Source: an uncultured Elusimicrobia bacterium (GTDB taxonomy: Bacteria; Elusimicrobiota; Elusimicrobia; UBA1565; UBA9628). Taken from it: a stretch of 64,000 nt of DNA. Each line of letters starts with the position of its first letter. Within the stretch, counting starts at the first letter, position 1. The stretch is taken from positions 22,639 through 86,638 of the forward strand of contig CAZEAE010000002.1 in the NCBI GenBank assembly GCA_964510095.1, given 5' to 3'. A model generated the notes under the pieces. It did not search any database and was not told the DNA's origin. It was given only the letters and a program-made list of their open reading frames with translations. Position numbers and translations under genes: made by a program. Shown piece by piece: positions 48,283 through 57,200 of this stretch.

Positions 48283-49182
48283 CTAGCCCTGGGTCGTCAA
48301 GGAGGCGAGCCGTTCCTCGAATCTGACCCGGGGGACGGCGCCTTCTTCCTTTAAGAGGAAATACTTGCTGGCCTTTTGGGACAGGATCGTGAGGAACTTG
48401 GCGGGCACGCCGGCGCGCCGATAGGCCGCCAGCTTGTGATGACCGTCGAGGACGAAGCCGGCGAAGAAGGAGTGCAGGTTCTTGTTCTGCCCTTTCTTGA
48501 CGGCTTCCGGGATGCCGCGCTGATACATGCCCAGCATCAGGATGCGCGGACGGTCGCCGTTGGTGATCATCGATTGATAGAGCTTGATGTATTCCTCTTT
48601 CAGCGCGGCGCGCGGCACCAGAGGGATGACGAAATCGAACTGCTTTTCCATGACGCCGGTGTCGGCGTTGCGGAAGATCCGGGGCCGCTGGCTCTCGTAG
48701 TGCTCCCAGCCGGACAGAAGGCCTTCTTCCTTCGGGTCCGAGATGTCCCAGAGCTCCATGAACTCGCTGTTGAAGAAATAAGAGCCTTCGTCCTCGCTGT
48801 CATAAGGTCCGCCCAGGTTGATGGAGGTCTCGAAGACCTCGTACTCGCCCTTCTCCATGAGGTCGAGCATCGGGGAGAGTTCCTGGACCATCGATTCGTC
48901 GATGGGACGGGGGAGCTGGATGGTCTTGGGGAGGTTGGCGATCTTCTTCTGGCTGGAGAGCCGCGGCTCGTGCAGGCACTTGAACCAGAAATGGCAGGTA
49001 TCGCAGTCGTTGCCGATCTCGAACTTGCGGGAGCCATTGATCTCAAGGAAGATGGAATTGGCTTCGCCGTGCTTCTTCTCCACGCCGATCTTGAAGAAAC
49101 CCTTGCCCTGGTTCAGCTTGACCTTCATCAGGCCGTCGGCCAACCGGGTGACCTCCAGCTTCGGAGCCGTTTCTGATTTCAT
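48283..49182 (-). CDS. Hypothetical protein (299 aa, no signal peptide, Cys cluster GNDCDTCHFWFKCLH), first gene of the giant-protein operon
   Basis: Clean ORF with slightly lower GC (about 60%) than its surroundings. No recognisable family. Confidence 0.55.
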   Translation of the reverse strand: MKSETAPKLEVTRLADGLMKVKLNQGKGFFKIGVEKKHGEANSIFLEINGSRKFEIGNDCDTCHFWFKCLHEPRLSSQKKIANLPKTIQLPRPIDESMVQELSPMLDLMEKGEYEVFETSINLGGPYDSEDEGSYFFNSEFMELWDISDPKEEGLLSGWEHYESQRPRIFRNADTGVMEKQFDFVIPLVPRAALKEEYIKLYQSMITNGDRPRILMLGMYQRGIPEAVKKGQNKNLHSFFAGFVLDGHHKLAAYRRAGVPAKFLTILSQKASKYFLLKEEGAVPRVRFEERLASLTTQG

Positions 49183-49248
49183 GAAAAGAGGATACCGCTA
49201 AAGCGTCCGGATGTCAAGCAACCGGAGGCGGCTGACATGCGCGACGCC

Positions 49249-49277
49249 TTGACAGATTCGGCCGCGAGGAGCATACT
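49249..49277 (+). promoter_or_regulatory. Sigma70-like promoter TTGACA-17 nt-CATACT placed for a leaderless PAS-kinase transcript
   Basis: The -10 hexamer ends 6 nt before the ATG at 49284. No SD. Confidence 0.4.
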
Positions 49278-49283
49278 TAGCCC

Positions 49284-50342
49284 ATGGCCGAGCGGACCTT
49301 CGAGGATGCCCTGCTCCGCGAGGCTTTCGCGCTCTCGGAAGAGCCTCTGGCGGCGCTCGACGCGGGACGCAAGATAAGGCTCTTCAGCCGCGGCGCGGCG
49401 CGCCTGCTGGGGCGCGACGCCTGCGGCCAGCCGGCTTCAAGCCTGTTCGCGGAACCTTCCGCCTGCGAGGACCTCCTGCTGCTGGCCGCCGAAAGCGGCT
49501 CGCTGTCTGGCTGCGAGGCTTGGCTCAAGCACAGCAACGGGGGGAGGCTTCGGCGCCGTGTCGGTGTCCGAACGCTCGAGGGAAAAGGGGCTCCCGCCGG
49601 CTGGCTATTGAGCTTCGAGGCCTCGGCGCCGCGGCAGGGAGCGGCGGCGAAAGGCGAAAAGACCGGCGCGCTCGTCCAGCTCGAGCGTTTTGCCGCGGTC
49701 GGCCGCATGGCCGCTTCCTTCGCCCATGACGTGCGCGGGCCGCTCCATGTGATAGCTTCCGCCTCCGAATCGGCGCTTTCCGGCATGCCTGAGGCCCACC
49801 CCCTGCGCCCCGCGCTCGACATGATCGGCCGCAATGCCGTTCATGCGGCGCTCTCGGCGCAGTCTCTGCTCGATTTCGCCAAGACCGGCAGCGCCCAGCT
49901 GAAGACCGAACCGCTGGATCCGGTCGTCTCCGCCGCGCTGAACCTGGCGGAGAAGGACTGCCTCGACGCCGGCATCAAGGTCCAGCGCGCCTTGGGGGAC
50001 CCGCCGGCGCTGCCCTTGGACGCCCGCCTCCTGCAGGGGGTGTTCTATAACCTGATCACCAACGCCCGGCAAGCGATGGCCCGCGGAGGGACCTTGACGG
50101 TCAGCACCGGCCGCGACCGCCGCGGCACCTTCGCCGTCGTGGCGGACACGGGAGCGGGGATGTCGGCCGAGACCCTGGGCCGAGCTTCGAAGGCATTTTT
50201 CACGACCAAAAGCTCCGGCACGGGCCTGGGTCTCTACGCTTGCCGCCTCATCCTGGCCGAGCATCAGGCCGAGCTCATCCTGGAGTCGGCCAAAGGACGC
50301 GGCACCTCGGCGCGCATCCGTTTCCAAGACTCGACTCAATAA
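49284..50342 (+). CDS. Cytoplasmic PAS-domain sensor histidine kinase
   Basis: No TM. N-terminal PAS-like region. H-box FAHDVRGPL. HATPase_c N/G boxes (YNLITNARQAM, DTGAGM, GTGLGLYACR). Confidence 0.85.
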   Translation: MAERTFEDALLREAFALSEEPLAALDAGRKIRLFSRGAARLLGRDACGQPASSLFAEPSACEDLLLLAAESGSLSGCEAWLKHSNGGRLRRRVGVRTLEGKGAPAGWLLSFEASAPRQGAAAKGEKTGALVQLERFAAVGRMAASFAHDVRGPLHVIASASESALSGMPEAHPLRPALDMIGRNAVHAALSAQSLLDFAKTGSAQLKTEPLDPVVSAALNLAEKDCLDAGIKVQRALGDPPALPLDARLLQGVFYNLITNARQAMARGGTLTVSTGRDRRGTFAVVADTGAGMSAETLGRASKAFFTTKSSGTGLGLYACRLILAEHQAELILESAKGRGTSARIRFQDSTQ

Positions 50343-50410
50343 ATCCGCAATACCGTTCTCCTATATTTAGAACGCTCACGGTTCAACAATCTAAAGGAAC
50401 GGAGAAATCG

Positions 50411-51208
50411 ATGCCTGAAGAGTCCCTCTGGCTGCGGCCCAGAGCCGCGGCGGCCCTCTCGCTGCTCCTGGTATTGAAGGCCCTGCCGGCTGCGGCCGCT
50501 CCGGCCGCCCAAGCCGTGCTCCGGCTGGACGGACGGCTGACGGACGCCTCTCAGGCTCCGCTGGCCGGCAACTATCTGCTGCGGTTCGGGATCTGGGACG
50601 CGCCTCGGGACGGCAGTGAGGTCTGGAGCGAGTCGCTCTACGTCAGCGCCAAGGACGGCTTCTATACGGCGCTTCTCGGGCGGCTCAAGCCTCTGCCCAC
50701 TACGGTGATGGATTCGGCCTACCGCCTAGAGGTCTCGGCTCCGCCCGGGACCGGCTGGCTGTCCCAGTCCTTGAAGGCGCCGACCCTGAGCCGGGGCGCC
50801 CCGGCGGAGCCGCAGTTCACTCCCGATCCCGGTCTGCGGGTCGAATCCGACCCGATCCAAGCCTCCGCGCCGGCGCCGGCATCGGAGCCGGTGAGGACCC
50901 CTCGGCCCGCGCCCACGGCGCCCCCGGCATCGTCCTCGGTCGTCGTGCTGCCCGACGCGGCGGCCTTGGCCAAGGAATTGGCCGCGGTCAAGGAAGAGCT
51001 GGACCGGCGCAAAACGGCGGGTTTCGAGACCAGGATCTACCAGGTCCTGGCCGGCGACACCCTGCGCAGCGTCGCCGTCAAGCTCTATGGCGACGCCGAG
51101 CGCTGGATAGACCTCTATCAAGCCAACGACGACCGGATATCGCGCGGCGGCGAGCTGATCGCAGGCCAGCGCCTGCTGGTCCCGCGCGAGGGCGCGATCA
51201 AGAGATAA
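50411..51208 (+). CDS. Secreted LysM-domain protein
   Basis: Signal peptide. Ala/Pro-rich linker. C-terminal LysM YQVLAGDTLRSVAVKLYGDAERWIDLYQANDDRI...GQRLLVP. GGAG SD. Confidence 0.75.
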   Translation: MPEESLWLRPRAAAALSLLLVLKALPAAAAPAAQAVLRLDGRLTDASQAPLAGNYLLRFGIWDAPRDGSEVWSESLYVSAKDGFYTALLGRLKPLPTTVMDSAYRLEVSAPPGTGWLSQSLKAPTLSRGAPAEPQFTPDPGLRVESDPIQASAPAPASEPVRTPRPAPTAPPASSSVVVLPDAAALAKELAAVKEELDRRKTAGFETRIYQVLAGDTLRSVAVKLYGDAERWIDLYQANDDRISRGGELIAGQRLLVPREGAIKR

Positions 51209-51214
51209 TCCGCG

Positions 51215-54200
51215 ATGAACGACTGGGACGAAGAAGCCCTGCGGGAGATCGGCAGCCTCGACGCCGCCCGTTTGGCTATCCGGGGGGCGCTGGCCACCAT
51301 CCGCGACCTCCAGGACATCAACTCCCAGGCCAAGGCGGAGATCCAGGACGAAGCCAGCAAGCGCAAGCATGTCGAAGCCAAGGCCGCCGAGCTCGCCGCC
51401 CAGCTGGAGCAATGGAAGAAGGAAGCCGAACAATGGGCGCAGGAGCGCGCCGAGCGGGCCAAGAACGAAGGCCAGTGGCGCGACTCCGCTCGCGCGCAGG
51501 TCCGCGCCGAGGAACGCGCGCGCATCGAGGAAGCGCGCGTCCGCGTCGATGAGGAGCTGGGCCGCCTGCGCGCCGAGCTGGAGAGCATGGTCCTGCTGCA
51601 GAAGGAGAAGGACCAGAAATGGTCGCTCCTCAAAAAGCAGGTCGAGGCCCGCGACGCCGAGCTGCTGGCCGCCCAGCGCGAGAAGCTCGACCTCAACAAC
51701 CGGTTCGCCCACGACGCCGATATGCTCGAGCGCATGCGCCAGCAGCGCGACCGCGAGATCGCCGCCTCCATCCGCAGCCGCGAGCTCGAGCTCGAGGACA
51801 AGCAGCGCGAGATCCAGGCGCTCAGATCCCAGGGCGACGAGCTCAAGCAGGTCCTGGCCGCCTCCGCTCAGGACCAGGAGCTCAAGAGCAAGGCCGCCGA
51901 AGAGAAGTTCATCCGCGACTACCGCGCCAAGGAACAAGCGCTCGTCGAAAAATACGCCAAGCGCGAGGCGGAGCTGCAGTCCTCTTGGTCCGAGCTGGAG
52001 AACGGGCTCTGGGCCAGGACCAAGGACGCGCGCGAGAAGCTGGACAAGGCCGTCCACAGCCAGTTCGAGGAGCGCGCCCGCTCCCTGGCGGACCGCACCA
52101 AGGAAACCGAGTCGCACCTGGCCGCGCGGGCCAAGGAGCTCGAAGAGTCTTTCATCCGCAAGTGCGCCGAGGCCGAGGCGCTCTACGCCCAGCGCGAGCA
52201 CGCCCTGCAGGAAGGCTGGCGCGACAAGGAGTCCAAGTCGATCCTGCGCTTCGAGGAAGAGCTGGCTCACGAGAAAGCCCTGGTCCAAGAGCAATCCGCG
52301 GCTCGAGGGAGGTCCGCGGAGGCCCTGCTCGATGAGAAGCTCCGCGAGCTCGCGCTGAAGGCCGAGCAGCTCGACGCCGAATTCCGCCACCGGACTTCGC
52401 TGGCGCTGGAGGATCATGCCCGCAAGGACGCCGAGCGCTTGCGCGCCCAAGACGATTTCGTGGCCCAGAAGGCCGCCGAGCTCGACGGCGAGCATCGCGC
52501 CAAGATCTCCGAGCTCAATGAGAAGGACGTCGTCCGCCAGGAGGCCTTCAACCTCAAGGAGACGGCCGCCTCTCAAGAGCTCAATCAGAAGAAGCTCGAT
52601 CTTCTAGAGCAGCACGAGCGCGCCGTCGAGCTGGAAAAATCCGCCCTTCACGAGCAGCTGGAGCAGAAGGCGCGCACCCTTGACGAGGCCTTCCGGGCCA
52701 AGGTCCTGGAGACCGAGCGCGCCCAGGCCGCCCTCGAGGAGCAGTATCGGAACTGGAAGGCCTCCGTGGTCGCCGACTACGCGCTGAAGGAGAAGGACCT
52801 CGACAAGCGCTGGCATACCAGGGAGCAGGAGCTTCTGCGCAACCATGCCATCGCCATGGAGACCCAGCGCGGCGATTTCCACATCGAGTCGCAGAAGACG
52901 CGCGACCAGTTCGAGCAGCAGCGCAAGCGCTCCGAGCTGGATTTCTTCGCCAGGGAAGCCAAGGCGAAGGATGCCTACGAGCGCCTGGAGCGAGAGCTCA
53001 AGGAGACCTGGGCCGCTCGCGAGGACGAGCTTCATAAGCTCCATGAGGCCCATCTCGAAGCCGCCCGCGAGCAGCACCGCAAGGAGCTCCGGCTTCACGC
53101 CGAGCACGCCGCCAACGAGACGGGGCGCGTCCGCACCGCCGGCGCGCTTGAAGCCAACGCCCTGCGCGAGGCCCACCAGAAGGACGCCGCGGCCAAGGAC
53201 CGCCAGCTGGCCGACAAGGAGCTCTTGCGGCAGGCTGAAGCCGATGCCGGCCAAGCCGCCGTCGCCAAGATCCGCGAGAAGCTGGCGGAAGCCGAGCGCA
53301 TGCACCAGGCCCTCACCCAGGACTTTTGGGCGCGCGAGCGCTCCTGGGAAGCCGAACGCCAGGGCGCGCGCGACCAGCAGAAGCAGCTCGACGCGGCGCG
53401 CGAGCAGAAATTCTTCGAGCTGGAGCGCTCGCTGCAGAGCGTCTGGAGCCGCAAGGAGGCCGAGGCGGCGGCCGCCCACCAAGCCGCCCTGGAGAAGCAG
53501 CACGCCTTGTTCCTGGAAGACCTGGCCCAGCGCGAGGAGGCCCATCGCCTGGCCTTCGACGAGCACAAGAAGCTGTCGGCCGTCGACCTCGAGCTGCAGA
53601 AGAAGGACTGGATGGACCGCCAAAGCCTCAGCCTCATCCAGGAGAAGGAGCGCCTGCAGGCCGAGAACCACCGCGTCCACGAGCAGCTGCAGAACGAAGG
53701 GCGCGCCCGAGAGAAGGAGCTGTCCGACCGGCGCAAGGCGCTGGAAGCCCATCACCACTTCGAGACCGAGCAGCAGACGAAGGAATGGAACAAGCGCGAG
53801 GCGCATCTGCGCCAGCAGCAGGCCGTCGACCTAGCCAAGGCCCGCGCCGAGCTCGACATCTCGCTGCGCGAGCGCGAGACTTCCTTGAACGAGCGCTACC
53901 TGGCCCTGGAGAAGGAGCTGCACGCCAACTGGGCCTCCAAGCAGCAGGCCGCCGACGAGCAGGGCAAGGCTCGGCTGGCCCAGGACCTCCACGCTCTGGA
54001 AGAGCGCGCCGCCCAGCGCCTCAAGCAGCTGGAAAGCGAGTTCCTCCTGCGAAAAGACGCCGAACTCTCCTCCCAGCGCAACGAGGTCGAAATCGAGCTT
54101 CAGCGCCGCCTCTCCGAGGTCGAGGCCAAGAAGGGCGAGCTCGAGCACGAATTCCTAGAGCGCCAGAAGCGCGCCGATCATGCCTATCTCGAGCGGGAGA

Positions 54201-57200
54201 AGGGCCTCGACCACGAATGGAAGGAGCGCGAGGCCCAGCTCATGGCCCGCATCGAGGACGAACGTCAGGAATACCGCGCCAAGCTGCAGATGGAGATCGA
54301 CCGCGTCCGCTCCGAGGCCGCCGCCCGCCTGCGCCAGAAGGAATTGGCGCTGGAGACCGAGAAGAGCGCGGCTATGGCGAAGGTCCAAGCGCAGCTCGAC
54401 GAGCAGCGCGCCGTCCTGGAGCATGAGAGCGCCCAATGGCTGGCCGCCCATAAGAAGACCATGGATTCCGAGCGCGAGACCCTGCAGGCCCAGACGCGCC
54501 GGGAGTTCGCCTCCGTGGCCGCCACGCTCAAACAGAAGGAAGACGAGCTGGGCAAGCGGCGCGAAGCCCTCGACGAGCACATCCGCCGCCGAGAAGCCGA
54601 ACTCGTCTCCCAGGCGCGCTCGAAGGAGAAGGAATTCGTCGAGCAGCAGCAGGCGCTGTCGGCCAAGGACCGAGCCGCCCTCGACGCGCTTTATCGGGAT
54701 CGCGAATCGTCGCTGCAGAAGAGCTACGTGGCGTTGGAAGCGGAGCTCAAAGGTTCCTGGGCGCAAAAGGACGCGCAGCTCAAGGCCGAGGGCGAGCAGC
54801 GCATGACCCACCATTTCAAGCTGCTCGACGAGCAATTCAGGGAAAAAGAAGCCCGGCTCGGTGAAGAGACCCGACGCAAGAACGAGGCTCTGCTCGAGGG
54901 CGAGCTGAAGTCGCTGCGCGCCGACTGGACGAAGCGCCGCGACGCCCTGGAGGCCGACAAGGCCCAGCGAGAGGCGGAACTGCGCCAACGCGAGCGGTCT
55001 GCCGAAGAAGCGCGCGCCGCGCAGGCCGCCGCGCTGCAGGCGGAGTCCGCCGCCGCCTTGGAGGCGGAGAGGCGCGCCCTCGAAGCGGAGCGCCAGGAGC
55101 TCGCGATCGCGGCCGCCAAGCGCGCCGCCGAGCTCGACCGCGCGAAGGCCGACATGGACAGGGAGCTGGCGCGCCAGCGCCTGGCGCAGGAACAGCAATC
55201 CCATAAGAGCGAGCTGGAACGCGCGGCGGCCTTCGAGAGGGAGAAGGCCGAGCTGGCCCGGCTGCTGGAGTCGCGCAAGGCCGAGCTCGACGCGGCCCGG
55301 GAAGCGCTGGACGCCTCCTATCAGGACAAGCATGCCGTGCTGGACTCCGAGATGGTCCGCCTCGCCGAACAGACCCAGAAGGCGCGCCTGGCCTTCGAGG
55401 CCCAGGCGCATCAGCGCGAGCTGGAGCGCGCCGCCGCCCTGGAGAAGGAGAAAGCCGGCCTCGAGACGGCCAAGCACGCGCTGGAGGCCGCCGGCCGCGT
55501 CAAGCAATCCGCGCTGGAAGCCGAGCGCAAGCGCTTGGCCGAAGAAGCTCAGAAGACGCGCTTGGCCTTCGAGCAGCAGGCCCGGCAGAAGGAGGTCGAG
55601 CGCGCGGCCGCCTTCGAGGCCGCCCAGGCAGAGCTCAAGGCCGCCAAGGAATCCGTCGAGGCCGAGCGCATCCGGCTCGCCGAGGAAGCCGAAAGGGGCC
55701 GGCGCGCCGCCGAGCAGTCGGCCCACGACGGCGAGAAAGCGCACCGCGCGCGGCTCGAAGAGGAGCGCGCGGCGATGGCCCGCGAATTCGAGGAGAAGCG
55801 CCGTCAGCTCGAGGCCGACCTGCGCGCCCGCGCCCAGCTGGTCGCCCGCGAGGAGAACCGCCTGGAGTCCGAGGTCGCCGTCAAGCTGGAAGAGCTCGAC
55901 GCCGCCAAGGCCGCCCTCGCCGTCTCCTTCCGCGCCAAGGAGCGTGAGCTCAACTCGACCGCCGAGGCCGCCCAGCGGAAGACGGAACAGCGGCTGCAGG
56001 CGGATCGCCTGAACCTGGAAAGCGAACGCACGGCTTTCAAGGAGAGCGTCGCCAACGGTAAAGCCGAGCTCGAGCGGGCTCAGGAGTCCTGGGAGGCCGA
56101 TCATCGCGAGAAGACGGCGGCCTGGCAGAAGGAGCAGCAGCAGCGTCTCAAGGAGGCGCAGGCGGTGCTGGAAGCCGAACGCCTGGCCTTGAAAGCCAAA
56201 GCTGCCGCGCTCGACGAGGTCAAGCGCGGAGAGCTTGACGCCGCGCGGGCCGAGTTGGAGGCCGCGCTCGAGACCGAACGGCAGAGGCTCGGGCGCGAGC
56301 GCGCCGAAGCGCAAGCCGAGGCCCTCAAGCTGCGCGCCGAGATCGAGAAGGCAAAACGCTCGGCGGAAAAACAGGACGCCGAGCGGCTGCGCCGCGCCGC
56401 TGCCGCCGAGGTCGCATCGGCGGAAGCCAAGGCAAAGGAGCTGGCGCAGGCCAAAGCCTCCTTGGACAAGGATTTCGACGACCGAGTGGCGCAAGCCCAG
56501 GCCGCCGCCGACGAGGAGCATCGCGCCCTGGAAGCCGAGCGCGCCTCCTGGCGGCAGGAATCCGCCAAAGCCCGCGCCTCCGCCGAGGCCGAGTTCAAGA
56601 GCCGCGAACGCCGTCTGGCCGACGACCTGCGCCGGGCGCAGGCCGCCGAAGCCGCGCTGGCGACTCAGGCCGCGGAGAACGCCGGACGCCTGGAGCGCGA
56701 GTTCAGCGACCGGACGGCGGAGCTCGAGGCCCGGACATCCGCCGCCGAGGCGGCGCGCCGGAAGCTCGAGCACGAGCTGGAGGCCGAGAAACGGCGGCTG
56801 GGCGACGCGCTCGAAGACGCCCGGGCCCAGACCGAGGCGCTCATCGAAGTGCGCGCCCGCCTGCTGCGCAAGCCCGCCAAGGGAGAAGCCGCCTCCGCCA
56901 TCATCGAGGCGGAGCTGGAGAACCTCCGCGAATCGCAGGCGGCTCTCGAGGCCGAGCGGGAGAAGCTGGAGAAACAGCGCGCCGAGACCCAGGCTGAGGC
57001 CGCCCGCCTGCGCGCCGAGGCCGAGAAGGACAAGCGGAACTCCGAGCGCCAGGCCGCCGAGCGCCAGCGCCAGGCGCTCGCCGCGGAGTCCGCCGCCGCC
57101 GAGGAGCGGGTCAAGGAGCTCGAAGAGGCCCGCCAGGCGCTGGAGAAGGATTTCGAGGAACGCTCCGCCGAGGCGCAGGAGGCGGTGGAGGCGCAGCGGC

